Shown: positions 8,722-20,004, numbered from the whole stretch's first letter. The stretch: DNA of 63,003 bases, filler included, from 7 parts of 7 records of this genome joined end to end with filler, not necessarily neighbours in it, one strand, 5' to 3'. Numbers and translations are program-made. Notes: generated by a model not told the origin, from the letters alone.

Positions 8722-10758
8722 ATGAACATCGGCACGTATCGCAATGTGGGCTGTGTGGCCCTGGCGGCGGCAATCAGTCTCGCTGCCTGTGGGGGTAACA
8801 GTAGTCGTAACAATAGCGTAACACCACCAGAGGTTCGCACGGACCCGATTTTGGTGATGCTCAACGGCTCAACCAATAAGGGGTTAATCAACCGGCTGGA
8901 TTCGGACCTGAATGTGGAAGCGCGTTTTTCATCCGGTGGCAACGAAGGCATGGCGCAGGATCTGTTAGGTAACGTGTATGTAGCCGATGACACAACGACC
9001 CCGAGTTCCTTCCAAACCATTCACCTTGCGGCCCAGCGAGAAGACAGCAGCCTGACTGATCCGGCGCTGGAGCGCGATATCGATGCGCCCGGTTCCGCCA
9101 CGGTGAAAGGGATTGCCGTGGCTCATGAGGCGGGCCTGCTGTTCGCCGCCAATGTGGGCGGTAACAGTATTGAAGTGTTTGGCACCGCGGCGGGCGACAT
9201 GGCCCAGCCGTTAGCCTCCACCGCACTCCCTGCCAACTGCTGGGATCTGGCCTATAACGAAACCCTGGATATTCTGTTCCTGGCCATGACCAACGGCACT
9301 ATTCTGGTGGTAGACGATTATGTGGCGGGCGGTTTCGATGCCACAGCAGCACGGACTATTACCCCAGGTGATGGCTCCAGCATTTCCAATATTCACGGGA
9401 TTGCCTACCGCGCGGCCACCGATACGCTGGTGGTGACGGATGTGGGTGATGCGGCGGTGGCCGATGATGGCAAGGTTTATGTGATCAGTAATGCCAGCTC
9501 CGCTTCTGGCATGGTGACGCCGGATCGCACGATCGCAGGGCCTGCGACGATGCTGGGCAATCCGGTAGACCTGATTCTGGATGGCGACAAGGCGTATATT
9601 GCCGAGAAATCCAACGATGCGATTCTGGTCTACAACAATATTTTCTCTGGCGCGTCCGGCGATGTGGCACCGAATAAGACGGTGGCCTCAGTGAAGCCGG
9701 AATCGTTGGTGCAAATCAGGACGCCGTCACTGGGTGACGATGTTTCTGATATTGATGACAGCAGCGTCACGATCAACGGGGTGCTGGTCTCCAGTAATGC
9801 GCCGTTGCCGGGTGACCCGGATGTGGTGGTGCTGGATACCGACCTGACGACCGTGCAGCGGGATTTCACCGTGGGCGAGTCACTGGAAAGCGTCAGCGTG
9901 AATCAGCTGGGGGATGTCTATCTCACCGCTGACGATGGCGCCAACCTGGACGGCCGCATTGTGGTGGTGAACCGTTTGGGCACCGAGCGTGATGGCGAGA
10001 TGTTTTCGCTGAGCCGCGACCGCATTGTGTCCGGGGCGGCAACGACACTGGTCAGCCCGAAAGGCTTTGATGTGGCGGATGAAGCCGGGCTGCTGCTGAT
10101 CACCGATAACGGTGATCCGGCGGTGAAAGTGTTTGGCGCCCAGTCCGGTGGCAATGCGCCGCCACTGTTTTCAACAACCCTGACCGTGCCGCCCTGGGAT
10201 CTGGCTTATGACCCGGACCAGGACCGCCTCTATGTGGCGCTCACCGATGGCACGGTGGCGGTGTTTGACGACTACGTAGCCAATGAAGGCGCGGACGATG
10301 CAGACCGGATTATCACCCCGGCTATCGGCGGTAGCGCCGTTGCCGCACCGACTAACCTGCACGGTATCGTCTATGTGGCTGACAGCAATGCGTTGATTGT
10401 CTCTGACGTGGGCAGTGGGGCGAATCCTACCGATGGCAAGTTGTATGTGATCGAAAATGCCGACCGGGCAGAGGGCAACACCAACGTGTCGGTGAACATT
10501 GATAACGGTGATGGCACCACCGTTGGCAATACCCAGCTGGGCAATCCGGTGGATATCGCCTTCGATGGCAGCAGCCTGTACGTGGCGGAAAAATCTCAGG
10601 ATCAGGTGTTGCGCTTCGACAACATCCTGTCCAGCCCGGGCGGCGATGTGACACCGGATGCCAGTTATGCGCAGACCAAACCGGAGTCCGTGGTGTTGTT
10701 GCCGGATTATCTGGCACCGGCTGAGGAAGATGGCCTGCCCAGCGGCAGCATACGCTGA
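8722..10758 (+). CDS. lipoprotein with two tandem NHL/YncE-like beta-propeller domains
   Basis: Lipobox LAAC. An internal duplication repeats WDLAY, HGI.Y, DGK.YVI, LGNPVD, AEKS.D and KPES.V. Confidence 0.8.
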   Translation: MNIGTYRNVGCVALAAAISLAACGGNSSRNNSVTPPEVRTDPILVMLNGSTNKGLINRLDSDLNVEARFSSGGNEGMAQDLLGNVYVADDTTTPSSFQTIHLAAQREDSSLTDPALERDIDAPGSATVKGIAVAHEAGLLFAANVGGNSIEVFGTAAGDMAQPLASTALPANCWDLAYNETLDILFLAMTNGTILVVDDYVAGGFDATAARTITPGDGSSISNIHGIAYRAATDTLVVTDVGDAAVADDGKVYVISNASSASGMVTPDRTIAGPATMLGNPVDLILDGDKAYIAEKSNDAILVYNNIFSGASGDVAPNKTVASVKPESLVQIRTPSLGDDVSDIDDSSVTINGVLVSSNAPLPGDPDVVVLDTDLTTVQRDFTVGESLESVSVNQLGDVYLTADDGANLDGRIVVVNRLGTERDGEMFSLSRDRIVSGAATTLVSPKGFDVADEAGLLLITDNGDPAVKVFGAQSGGNAPPLFSTTLTVPPWDLAYDPDQDRLYVALTDGTVAVFDDYVANEGADDADRIITPAIGGSAVAAPTNLHGIVYVADSNALIVSDVGSGANPTDGKLYVIENADRAEGNTNVSVNIDNGDGTTVGNTQLGNPVDIAFDGSSLYVAEKSQDQVLRFDNILSSPGGDVTPDASYAQTKPESVVLLPDYLAPAEEDGLPSGSIR

Positions 10759-10786
10759 GACCAGGCTGCTGAAACGGGGCGTCGGG

Positions 10787-11881
10787 TCAGGCAGGAGTGA
10801 CCCTGGGCCCCAGATTGCCGTCGCAGGTGACGGTCTGTAGTTGGCGCGGATGCACAAACAGGGTATCCCCGGGTTGTGCATCCAGCGCTTGCCAGGCGTC
10901 CCGACTCAATTCCACTTCCATCACCGCCGCTGGCCAGCCCAGCGCTTCCAGTTCCAGTGTTACCGTGCCGCCAAACACGCTGCGTGCGCCCAGTTTGACG
11001 GGCAGGTTGGCGCTGTCGCTGGGGTTTTTTCTCAGGTCCGCCTCGTGAGGACGCAGGTAAAGGGTGAGTTCACCATCCGGGCAGGCGCCTTCGGTGGTGA
11101 GGCGCAGTTGTGCGTTGCCCGCTTGCCAGCTGCGGCCGTCGTAATGGCCCTTCAATGCATTGATATGCCCCAGGAAATCGAACACGAAACGGCTGGCCGG
11201 TTGCTCGTAGACGGTGAGCGGTGACGCCATTTGTTCGATGCGCCCCTGGCTCATGACTACCACCTGGTCCGACACTTCCATGGCTTCTTCCTGGTCGTGG
11301 GTCACGAAGATGCTGGTAACAGAAATTTGTTCGTGCAGATGACGCAGCCAGCGGCGCAGCTCTTTACGTACCTTTGCATCCAGGGCTCCAAAGGGTTCGT
11401 CCAGCAGCAGGACATCGGGTTTCAGGGCCAGCGCCCGGGCCAGCGCCACGCGCTGTTTCTGCCCGCCGGATAACTGGGCGGGGTAGCGACCGGCCAGGTG
11501 GCCAAGCTGGACCAGATCAAGGAGTTCATTGACCCGCTGGCGGATTGCCGAGCGGGCGGGGCGTTCTTTACGCGGCAGCATGCGCAGGCCAAAGGCCACA
11601 TTGTCGGCCACGGTCAGGTGGCGGAACAGGGCATACTGCTGGAAAACAAAGCCCACCTTGCGTTTGCGCACGTCCAGGTCGGTCACGTCCTGGCCATGGA
11701 ACAGCACTCGTCCCTGATCCGCTTTTTCCAGCCCGGCAATGATGCGTAGCAGTGTCGTTTTGCCGGAACCGGAGGGGCCCAGTAGACCCACTAGCTGACC
11801 TTCCTGAACATCCAGATTGATGTCGTTCAGCGCGGTGAAATCGCCAAAACGTTTTTGAATCTGTTCGACACGAATGCTCAT
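10787..11881 (-). CDS. cysA: sulfate/thiosulfate ABC transporter ATP-binding protein
   Basis: [16 protein letters not shown] and [20 protein letters not shown]. Confidence 0.95.
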   Translation of the reverse strand: MSIRVEQIQKRFGDFTALNDINLDVQEGQLVGLLGPSGSGKTTLLRIIAGLEKADQGRVLFHGQDVTDLDVRKRKVGFVFQQYALFRHLTVADNVAFGLRMLPRKERPARSAIRQRVNELLDLVQLGHLAGRYPAQLSGGQKQRVALARALALKPDVLLLDEPFGALDAKVRKELRRWLRHLHEQISVTSIFVTHDQEEAMEVSDQVVVMSQGRIEQMASPLTVYEQPASRFVFDFLGHINALKGHYDGRSWQAGNAQLRLTTEGACPDGELTLYLRPHEADLRKNPSDSANLPVKLGARSVFGGTVTLELEALGWPAAVMEVELSRDAWQALDAQPGDTLFVHPRQLQTVTCDGNLGPRVTPA

Positions 11882-12735
11882 GGGGTGTCCTGTTCAGTGA
11901 CTGTCGGTTCGGCGCTGTCTTGCGAGGTATTCTGCGTGGCCCATTCCAGCACGGTTTTCAACAGTAGAGTGACCAGCGCCATGGCGGCCAGCAGGCCGGC
12001 CGCGGTAAAAGCGCCCACGGTGTTGTAGTCCTGATTCCACATCTGCACCAGCAACGGCAGGGTCAGGGTCTGCCCGCGAATCAGGCCGGAGACCACGCTC
12101 ACCGCACCGAATTCGCCCACCGCCCGGGCGTTGGTGAGGACCACGCCATACAACAGTGCCCAGCGAATTTTCGGCAACGTGACGTACCAGAAGGCCTGCC
12201 ACCCGGAGGCGCCAAGAATGATGGCCGCTTCTTCTTCGTGCTGGCCCTGGGACTCCATTAACGGAATCAGCACCCGTGCCACATAGGGGCAGGTAACAAA
12301 GACGGTGACCATGACCATGCCGGGCAGGGCGAACATCAGTTGCACGCCCATGCCGCTGAACCAGTTACCCACCACGCTCTGCGCCCCGTACACCACCAGA
12401 TAACACAGCCCGGCCACCACCGGGCTCATGGCGAAGGGGATGTCGATAAGGGTGCTGAGCAGCTTGCGGCCGCGGAACTCGTAACGGGTAACGCACCAGG
12501 CCAGCAGAATGCCGAACAGCAGGTTCACTGGCACGGTGATTAGCGCGACGATCAGGGTCAGCTTGATGGCGCCGAGCATGTCCGGGTTGGTCAGGTTCTG
12601 CTGCACCATGGCCCAGCCCTGGCTGAAGGCTTCGGTGAAAATCAGTGCCAGTGGCATCACCAGCAAGATGGCCACAGCCGCAAAGGCGGCCAGAATCAGT
12701 AGCCATTGGTGCCAGTGGCGGGGGCGTTCATGCAT
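11878..12735 (-). CDS. cysW: sulfate ABC transporter permease CysW
   Basis: [12 protein letters not shown] and [16 protein letters not shown]. Confidence 0.94.
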   Translation of the reverse strand: MHERPRHWHQWLLILAAFAAVAILLVMPLALIFTEAFSQGWAMVQQNLTNPDMLGAIKLTLIVALITVPVNLLFGILLAWCVTRYEFRGRKLLSTLIDIPFAMSPVVAGLCYLVVYGAQSVVGNWFSGMGVQLMFALPGMVMVTVFVTCPYVARVLIPLMESQGQHEEEAAIILGASGWQAFWYVTLPKIRWALLYGVVLTNARAVGEFGAVSVVSGLIRGQTLTLPLLVQMWNQDYNTVGAFTAAGLLAAMALVTLLLKTVLEWATQNTSQDSAEPTVTEQDTP

Positions 12736-12737
12736 GG

Positions 12738-13574
12738 TTAATGCCCCTTCCAACGGCGAGTGAGGCGGGACTGTACCAGCTGGATGCCGAACAACAGCAC
12801 CAGTGACGCAATCAGGATGACCGAGGCCAGTGCACTGGCGGCGCCGTAGTCGAATTCATCCAGGCGAATGTTGACCAGCAGCGACAGAATCTCGGTTTCA
12901 AAGGGCATATTGCCGGCGATAAAAATCACCGCACCGTATTCGCCCAGGCTGCGGGTAAAGGCCAGGGCGGTGCCGGTGAGAAGTGCCGGCATCAGCTGCG
13001 CGAGAATCACCCGGGTAAAGGTGGCCATGGGCGTGGCGCCCAGGGTGGCGGCAGCTTCTTCCACGTCGGGCGTCAGGTCTTCGAGCACCGGCTGCACGGC
13101 CCGCACCACGAAGGGCAGGCTGGTGAAACTCATGGCGATCATGATGCCCAGCGGGGTGTAGGCCACGCTGATGCCGATGGCTTCAAACCATTGCCCCAGC
13201 CAGCCGTTGGCGGCAAACAGGGCTGACAGGGTGAGCCCAGCCACGGCGGTGGGCAGGGCAAAGGGCAAGTCCACCAATGCATCCATCAGGCGCCGGCCGG
13301 GGAAGCGGTAGCGGGTGATCACCCAGGCCAGCAACAAACCGACTACAGCGTTAATGCCACTGGCGCCGGCGGCGGCTAGCAGGGTCACGCGGAAGCTGGC
13401 CAGTGAGCGGGGGTCGGTAATCACGCCCCAGTATTGGGCCCAGCTCATCTGTGACACATGAATGGCGAGCCCGGACAGGGGCACCAGAATCACCAGACAG
13501 ATAAACAACACGCTCAGCGCGAAGCTGAGCGTGAAGCCGGGTAAAACGGAGTGTTGGGTTCGCAGTAGGGGCAC
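12738..13574 (-). CDS. cysT: sulfate ABC transporter permease CysT
   Basis: DLPFALPTAVAG, VQPVLED and RSLGEYGAVIFIAGN. Confidence 0.94.
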   Translation of the reverse strand: MPLLRTQHSVLPGFTLSFALSVLFICLVILVPLSGLAIHVSQMSWAQYWGVITDPRSLASFRVTLLAAAGASGINAVVGLLLAWVITRYRFPGRRLMDALVDLPFALPTAVAGLTLSALFAANGWLGQWFEAIGISVAYTPLGIMIAMSFTSLPFVVRAVQPVLEDLTPDVEEAAATLGATPMATFTRVILAQLMPALLTGTALAFTRSLGEYGAVIFIAGNMPFETEILSLLVNIRLDEFDYGAASALASVILIASLVLLFGIQLVQSRLTRRWKGH

Positions 13575-13590
13575 TGTCTATTGGCGCGGT

Positions 13591-14592
13591 TTAGCGCAGG
13601 CTCCGGGCCTTGGCTTGCAAGCGATCCAGCTCGCCACCAGACGCAAAGTGGGTCTTCTGGGCGTCCGCCCAGGAGCCAAAGTAGTCAGCCACTTCCAGCA
13701 GTTTTACTGGCGGGAACTGGTCGGCGGTTTCCTTCACTACGGTGTCGTTATGCACCCGGTAATTGAAGCCGGCCAGCAGTCGCTGAATGTCTTCACTGTA
13801 GAGGAAGTTCAAGTATTCAGTGGCGACTTTACGGGTGCCTTTCTGGTCCACCACCTTGTCCACCACGGTAACCGGGAATTCGGCTAGCACGGAGGTTTTC
13901 GGCACTACCACGTCGTAGTCGTCACTACCGTACTGCTTGCGGATATTGTTCACCTCCGACTCGAAGCTGATCAGCACGTCGCCAATTTCACGCTCGGCAA
14001 AGGTGACGGTGGCCGCGCGGCCACCGGAATCGAATACGGCGACGTTGGCGAGAAAGTGGGCCATGTAGTCCCGGACTTTTTCTTCGTCTCCGCCCAGGCG
14101 ATCACTGGTTGCCATCCAGGCGGCCAGGTAGGTGTAGCGGCCGTTGCCGGAGGTCTTCGGGTTGGGGAAGACCACGCTGACGTCTTCTTTCGCCAGGTCA
14201 GCCCAGCCCTGAATATTTTTTGGGTTGCCCTTGCGCACCAGGAACGCGGTGGTGGAATAGTAAGGGCTGGAGTTGTTGGGCAGGCGGGTATTCCAGTCCG
14301 CCGGAATCAGGTTGCCCTTGTCATGCAGTACATTGACGTCGGTGACCTGATTAAAGGTGACTACGTCCGCTTTCAGGCCCTGCAGGATAGCGCGGGCTTG
14401 CTTGGAGGAGCCGGAGTGGGACTGCTGAATGGAGACCTCTTCGCCGCTCATTTCCTGCCAGTGGGCCTGGAACTTGGGGTTCACGGCGGCAAACAGCTCA
14501 CGGGCAATATCGTAGGAGCTGTTCAGCAGGGTCTGCTGGGCACTGGCAGTGCCGGCAATGGCCAGCAACAGGGCGGAAATCCATACACGCAT
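13591..14592 (-). CDS. sulfate/thiosulfate-binding periplasmic protein (Sbp/CysP)
   Basis: Signal peptide, [24 protein letters not shown] and HFASGGELD. Confidence 0.93.
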   Translation of the reverse strand: MRVWISALLLAIAGTASAQQTLLNSSYDIARELFAAVNPKFQAHWQEMSGEEVSIQQSHSGSSKQARAILQGLKADVVTFNQVTDVNVLHDKGNLIPADWNTRLPNNSSPYYSTTAFLVRKGNPKNIQGWADLAKEDVSVVFPNPKTSGNGRYTYLAAWMATSDRLGGDEEKVRDYMAHFLANVAVFDSGGRAATVTFAEREIGDVLISFESEVNNIRKQYGSDDYDVVVPKTSVLAEFPVTVVDKVVDQKGTRKVATEYLNFLYSEDIQRLLAGFNYRVHNDTVVKETADQFPPVKLLEVADYFGSWADAQKTHFASGGELDRLQAKARSLR

Positions 14593-14724
14593 GGTTTGTC
14601 CTCACAAATGGGTCGGCGTTGGTCAACACGAACGAGGTTCAAGTCTATATAACCAGACGCTAATTAAAAGCGGTTCGCCTGGAACGAATCGCTATAACGA
14701 TATGAGCCGTCCGGGCCCGGGCGT

Positions 14725-16062
14725 TTAGCCCGGGTTGCGCGGATCGGTGCCCAGCAGGGAGTTGCTGTAGGCCTGGGCGATGGTCACGTCTACGAATTTA
14801 CCGATCAGGTCGGTGTCATCGCACTGGAAGTTCACCACCCGGTTGTTTTCGGTACGGCCCTTGAGCTGGCCCGGGTCTTTTTTGGAAAAACCGTCTACCA
14901 GAATGCGCTGGGTGCTGCCTACCATCTTGCGGGAGATGTCCTGGGCGTTCTGGTTGATGCGCTGCTGGAGAATGGCCAGGCGTTGCTTCTTTACGTCCAT
15001 GTCCACGTCATCGGGCAGGTCCGCAGCCGGAGTGCCGGGGCGGGCGCTGTAGATGAAACTGAAGGACATGTCGAAGCCGATGTCATGGATCAGGTTCATG
15101 GTGTCTTCGAAATCCCGGTCGGTTTCGCCGGGGAAACCGATGATGAAATCCGAGCTGAAGGAAATGTCCGGGCGAATGCGCTGGAGCTTGCGCAGCTTGC
15201 TCTTGTATTCGAGCACCATGTGGTTGCGCTTCATCATGGCCAGAATGCGGTCCGAGCCGGACTGCACCGGCAGGTGCAGGTGGCTGACCAGCTCAGGGAC
15301 TTCTTCGTACACCTGAATCAGTGCATCGGAGAATTCCACCGGATGGCTGGTGGTGTAGCGAATGCGGTCGATGCCGTCGATATCGCGGATCAGGCGGATC
15401 AGGTCGGCCAGATCCAGCGTATCACCGTCGGCACCTACACCTTGGTAGGCATTCACGTTCTGACCTAATAAGTTGACCTCGCGAACACCCATGTCGGCCA
15501 GGTGCTGGATTTCCTTGAGCACTGGCTGAACCGGGCGACTGACTTCTTCCCCGCGGGTGTAGGGGACCACGCAGAACGTGCAGTACTTGGAGCAGCCTTC
15601 CATGATGGATACGAAGGCGGACGGGCCGTCCACACTGGGTTCCGGCAGATTGTCGAACTTTTCGATTTCCGGGAAGGTCACATCAATGGCCAGCTCGCGG
15701 GTGCTGGCGGCCTGGGTGATCAGCCCGGGCAGGCGATGCAGGGTCTGGGGGCCGAAAACCACGTCCACATAGGGTGCGCGGTCGCGGATGGCATCGCCTT
15801 CCTGGCTGGCCACACAGCCGCCCACGCCGATGATCATGTCGGGCTTGGCGTCTTTCAGCTTTTTCCAGCGGCCCAATTGATGGAAGACCTTTTCCTGGGC
15901 TTTTTCCCGGATAGAGCAGGTGTTGAGAAGCAGCACATCCGCTTCTTCCGGGTTGTCGGTGGGCTCCAGGCCGTGGCTGGATTCGAGCAGATCCACCATG
16001 CGGGTAGAATCGTACTCGTTCATCTGGCAGCCGTGGGTCTGGATAAACAGCTTACGTGCCAT
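14725..16062 (-). CDS. miaB: tRNA-2-methylthio-N6-dimethylallyladenosine synthase
   Basis: [21 protein letters not shown], radical [11 protein letters not shown] and a TRAM domain. Confidence 0.97.
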   Translation of the reverse strand: MARKLFIQTHGCQMNEYDSTRMVDLLESSHGLEPTDNPEEADVLLLNTCSIREKAQEKVFHQLGRWKKLKDAKPDMIIGVGGCVASQEGDAIRDRAPYVDVVFGPQTLHRLPGLITQAASTRELAIDVTFPEIEKFDNLPEPSVDGPSAFVSIMEGCSKYCTFCVVPYTRGEEVSRPVQPVLKEIQHLADMGVREVNLLGQNVNAYQGVGADGDTLDLADLIRLIRDIDGIDRIRYTTSHPVEFSDALIQVYEEVPELVSHLHLPVQSGSDRILAMMKRNHMVLEYKSKLRKLQRIRPDISFSSDFIIGFPGETDRDFEDTMNLIHDIGFDMSFSFIYSARPGTPAADLPDDVDMDVKKQRLAILQQRINQNAQDISRKMVGSTQRILVDGFSKKDPGQLKGRTENNRVVNFQCDDTDLIGKFVDVTIAQAYSNSLLGTDPRNPG

Positions 16063-16142
16063 GGGTTGCCTAACCGTCAAATAGAGGGAAAATGGGCGCG
16101 GATTATAGCGCTGACTGCCGCAAACTGCGAACCGGAGAATTC

Positions 16143-16715
16143 ATGCGAAAACTGCTGTATGTGTTGCCATTACTGGCAGCGTTGGTGCTGGCCAGCTGTG
16201 GCAAGCAGGAAAGTGACCTGCCGGTGAACACCCGGCTGGGGGGGGATTTCACCCTGACCGATCAAAATGGTGCGCCTTTTCAAGCGGATAAGCTGAAGGG
16301 GCAGGTGTCGATTCTGTTCTTTGGCTACACCCATTGCCCGGATATCTGCCCGGCAGTGCTGGCCCAGGTGGCACAGGTTTACCGTCATCTGGAAGAGGAG
16401 GGGGTGGCCGATCAGGTGCAACCGGTGTTCATTACGTTTGATCCTGAGCGGGACACGGCTGCCCACCTGAAAGAATATCTGCCCTGGTTCAAGGCAGACA
16501 TCATCGGTTTGACGGGCAGCTTGGAACAGATCCGTGAGGTGGCCGAGCAGTACGGTGTGGTTTTCATCAAGGATAAGGATGCCGGGGAGCAGGGCTACCT
16601 GTTTACCCATAGCGACTATATTTACCTGCTGGATGACCAGGCGCGTGTGCGCAAGTTGTACCCGGCAGATTTCAAGATTGATGAGGTGGTAACGGATGTT
16701 GAATCACTTTTGTAA
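16143..16715 (+). CDS. SCO1/SenC copper chaperone lipoprotein
   Basis: Lipobox LASC, FFGYTHCPDICP and HSDYIYL. Confidence 0.92.
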   Translation: MRKLLYVLPLLAALVLASCGKQESDLPVNTRLGGDFTLTDQNGAPFQADKLKGQVSILFFGYTHCPDICPAVLAQVAQVYRHLEEEGVADQVQPVFITFDPERDTAAHLKEYLPWFKADIIGLTGSLEQIREVAEQYGVVFIKDKDAGEQGYLFTHSDYIYLLDDQARVRKLYPADFKIDEVVTDVESLL

Positions 16716-17151
16716 GCCCGTTTGTCAGGGCGTGGCACTGGCTGTCGCGCTGTGCGCGGGAGCTGCCAGCGCGGATGTACGAATCAGTGATGGCTGGCTG
16801 CGGGCCGTGCCGCCAGTGTCGCCGACCATGGCAGGCTACCTCACGGTGACCAATGAGGGTGACAGCAGCGTAAAAATTACCGGTGCTCGTAGTGAAATTG
16901 CGGGGCATGCCATGTTGCACAGTATGAAAACCCTGGAGGACGGGACGCGCAAGATGGGCCACCTGCATCACGTCATGTTGGCGCCGGGGGAATCGTTTTC
17001 CTTTTCACCGGGCGGCGACCATCTGATGCTGATGAAACTGCAGCGGGTTCCGCAGCTTGGTGAGTCGGTCACGGTCTGCCTGACGCAGGCTGAAGGGGAG
17101 GCGATTTGTGCCGGGTTGCCGGTTTTGCGTGAAGCGCCCTCTGGCGCTTGA
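16696..17151 (+). CDS. PCu(A)C copper chaperone
   Basis: Signal peptide, H..M copper ligands and PGGDHLMLM. Confidence 0.88.
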   Translation: MLNHFCKPVCQGVALAVALCAGAASADVRISDGWLRAVPPVSPTMAGYLTVTNEGDSSVKITGARSEIAGHAMLHSMKTLEDGTRKMGHLHHVMLAPGESFSFSPGGDHLMLMKLQRVPQLGESVTVCLTQAEGEAICAGLPVLREAPSGA

Positions 17152-17234
17152 TTCCCGATCACAATCACGGATAATGCCATCCTTTCGTCTTAGTTAAACT
17201 TTAATGAAAAAGACGAAGTTTCTGTGGGGGAGCT

Positions 17235-18470
17235 ATGGGAAAGGCATTATCTGTCGTGCTCGGTGCGTCGCTGGGCATCAGCCCTTTATGGGCGACTGCT
17301 GCTGAAAGCGATGTGGAACAGACGCTGCGTGATTACCAGCAGCGGCTTGAAAAGCTGGAACAGCAACAGGTTGAAAGCAGCCTGACACAGCCTGAGCGGC
17401 TGCGTATCAACGGATTCCTCTCCGCCGGCATGAGCCGTGCCGAGGCGGACACCACCTTGGGTGACGACGGCAGCTACATTGATGGCTCCGGTGATAAGTG
17501 GAGTCATGATTCCCTCACCCGTGCCGGCGTGCAGTTCAACGCCCAGCTCACCGACAAGGCCGAGGCCGTGGTTCAGCTGTTTGCCTCCGGTGCCGATGAT
17601 TTCAATGCGGAAGTGCAATGGGCCTACCTGGACTACGACGTTACCGAGAGCGTCAGCGTCAAGGCGGGGCGTATTGTGGCGCCGTTCTATTTGCACTCGC
17701 AGTATGTGGATGTGGGTTATGCCTATCCCTGGGTGTCACTGCCTTCCGAGGTGTACCAGCTGGCGCCCATCAAAACCATGGAGGCACTGGAAGCGACCTG
17801 GGGCTTCAATACCGGCCCGGTCAGTCACCGGCTTAGCGGTTTCTGGGGTTCCAGCACCGTGGATGGTGGGCCGCGTACCAACAATGCGCAATATCAGGCT
17901 GACGATCTCGCCGGCATGAATCTGACCAGTCGCTGGCGTGACTGGACTGTGCGTGCGGCCTACTCTGCGGCGGATGTGTCCGTGGGGCAGGATGATCTGG
18001 ATGCGCTGATTCCTGCTACCGCATTGGGGTTGTCCTTTGACGAGGTGTACACCTACTTCGCAGGCCTGGGCCTGCAATATGATGACGGTAGCTGGTTCAT
18101 GTCTGGCGAGGTGGCGCGTCTGGACTTTGGGAACTGGTACCCCAGCAGCCAAAGTGCCTATGTGAGCCTGGGTAAGTATATGGGCAAGTGGATGCCGTTG
18201 GTGACCTGGGCGGAAGTGGATCCCCGTGATCTGGATTCCTCTTTGCCTGGCCCGATCAATAATGGCCTGGCCGAACAGCAGAAAAGCTGGACGGCGGGAT
18301 TACGTTACTCGCTCACCGATTCCATCGCCCTGAAAGGGGAGTTCAGTTACTACTACGACTTCTCCGATGATGAGGTTTCCACCACCGGATTCTTTGTCAC
18401 CGACCCGGGGGCGGAGATGGAAGATGATCATGCCACCATTGTGCGTCTCAGCGCCGATTTGGTCTTTTAA
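17235..18470 (+). CDS. outer-membrane beta-barrel porin-like protein
   Basis: Signal peptide, short coiled coil, WAYLDY, VGYAYPW and a C-terminal Phe (ADLVF). Confidence 0.8.
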   Translation: MGKALSVVLGASLGISPLWATAAESDVEQTLRDYQQRLEKLEQQQVESSLTQPERLRINGFLSAGMSRAEADTTLGDDGSYIDGSGDKWSHDSLTRAGVQFNAQLTDKAEAVVQLFASGADDFNAEVQWAYLDYDVTESVSVKAGRIVAPFYLHSQYVDVGYAYPWVSLPSEVYQLAPIKTMEALEATWGFNTGPVSHRLSGFWGSSTVDGGPRTNNAQYQADDLAGMNLTSRWRDWTVRAAYSAADVSVGQDDLDALIPATALGLSFDEVYTYFAGLGLQYDDGSWFMSGEVARLDFGNWYPSSQSAYVSLGKYMGKWMPLVTWAEVDPRDLDSSLPGPINNGLAEQQKSWTAGLRYSLTDSIALKGEFSYYYDFSDDEVSTTGFFVTDPGAEMEDDHATIVRLSADLVF

Positions 18471-18476
18471 GGGAGA

Positions 18477-18890
18477 ATGATAATGAAGAAATGGATAATT
18501 TCATTGCTCCTGACCCTGTCCGCCACTCTGCACGCCGAGCCGGTTGTGGTGGTTTCAGCCAGTAGCGAATTGACCATGCTGACTCAGGACGAAGTGCGCC
18601 AGTTATTTAATGGGTTGACTCGCCGGGCGTCTGGCGTTGCCTTGAAACCGTTGGATTTGCCGGCTAAAAGCGCTGAGCGCACGGGCTTTTATCAGCGGGT
18701 GATGGGCAAAAGCGCGGAGCAGATGAAAAGCTATTGGGCCAGAATGATTTTCACCGGCCGAGGAATGCCGCCACGGGAAGTGTCCAGCGACCGGGAAATG
18801 GTCATGCTGGTCGGCAGTAATCGAAACTTTATCGGTTACGTGGATGAGACCAAGGTCTCACCACAGTTAAAAGTGGTGTATCGCCCCTGA
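18477..18890 (+). CDS. small periplasmic protein of the 'phosphate ABC substrate-binding-like' family
   Basis: Signal peptide and YWARMIFTGRGMPP...IGYV motif; coupled to the porin gene. Confidence 0.8.
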   Translation: MIMKKWIISLLLTLSATLHAEPVVVVSASSELTMLTQDEVRQLFNGLTRRASGVALKPLDLPAKSAERTGFYQRVMGKSAEQMKSYWARMIFTGRGMPPREVSSDREMVMLVGSNRNFIGYVDETKVSPQLKVVYRP

Positions 18891-18902
18891 ATGTGTTTTT
18901 TG

Positions 18903-18928
18903 ACCCGCCTCTCCGGCGGGTTTTTTTT
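18903..18928 (+). terminator. intrinsic terminator
   Basis: ACCCGCC-loop-GGCGGGT followed by a T run. Confidence 0.85.
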
Positions 18929-19018
18929 GGTCTTTACGGATTGCCTGGGCGCGTTGGCTTACAGGCCGTTGCGTCTGCTGCTCTGTTGTGGCGATGCCCG
19001 CAGGCATACACTGCCCGC

Positions 19019-19957
19019 ATGCGTTTACTCATTCTGATTGCCCTCACTATTTTCCCGCTGTGGGCCCTGGCCGATTGTGCGCAGCTTGCGCCTGCCCGTG
19101 GTGTGCCTGCTGCGTCTGACCAGACATGGGCGCTGGCAACCCTGAACCTGTGGCGCCTGCGCGATGACCACAAGAACAGCGAGCTGGATGACCCTGTGTC
19201 GTCTGTGTTGTTGAGGGCGCGGATAAAGGCCGTCGCGGGCTTTATTGTGGAAGACCTGAACGCGCCGCATGTTCTGGCGCTTCAGGAAGTGGAAAACCGG
19301 GCCGTGCTGGATCGGCTGGCAGAGCGGTTGGCGCAGCGTGGTTACCGGTATCGTTCAGTGCTGCGCGAAGGCAATGACCCTTCCGGTATGGATGTGGCGG
19401 TGATGTATCGCTCGCCAGTTAAAATTGGCGGCGTGCGTGATCTTTTTGCAGGTCAGCGTTTCCATGGCCATGCGCTGTACTCGCGCCCGCCATTAGTGGT
19501 GGAAATGCAGGCGCCGTTAGTGGCCCGACTTATTGTCGTGCACTGGCGTAGTGCGAGGGGGTTAAAAGAGCCTTGGGTGTATGAAAAACGGCAAGCCCAG
19601 GCGGCACTGTTGGCAAATTGGGTGTCGGCTCAGTCGGCGCCGTTGATCATCGCGGGGGACTTCAATACCACCTGGAGTGCAGGCCGGTTTTCTGCCAGCT
19701 ATGAACGCTTTGCGAAATCCGGTTTGTTCAATCTTTGGGAGTACTTGCCTGATAAGGAGCGTTACAGTTTTCGTCACCGCTGTCGCCCGCAAGCGCTGGA
19801 CCATATCTGGGTGTCACCTGGATTGAAAACCACTGTTAGCAAGGTTGCGGTGAGTCGCGGCAATGCGGGGCGTTACGACAGCCTGTATGGCAGCCAGGGT
19901 GTGGACCCAATTTCAGACCATGATGCACTGGTGGTTTATTTTTCAATTAAGAGATAA
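19019..19957 (+). CDS. secreted endonuclease/exonuclease/phosphatase family protein
   Basis: Signal peptide, LQEVEN, AGDFN, LDHIW and SDHD. Confidence 0.88.
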   Translation: MRLLILIALTIFPLWALADCAQLAPARGVPAASDQTWALATLNLWRLRDDHKNSELDDPVSSVLLRARIKAVAGFIVEDLNAPHVLALQEVENRAVLDRLAERLAQRGYRYRSVLREGNDPSGMDVAVMYRSPVKIGGVRDLFAGQRFHGHALYSRPPLVVEMQAPLVARLIVVHWRSARGLKEPWVYEKRQAQAALLANWVSAQSAPLIIAGDFNTTWSAGRFSASYERFAKSGLFNLWEYLPDKERYSFRHRCRPQALDHIWVSPGLKTTVSKVAVSRGNAGRYDSLYGSQGVDPISDHDALVVYFSIKR

Positions 19958-19969
19958 AGAAAAGTGAGG

Positions 19970-20004
19970 GCGTGTTGCGTGAAGCGTGAGGCATGTAGCG
20001 TCAA
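19970..20004 (+). repeat. degenerate heptamer tandem repeat (GCGTGNN x5)
   Basis: gcgtgtt gcgtgaa gcgtgag gcatgta gcgtcaa. Confidence 0.6.
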
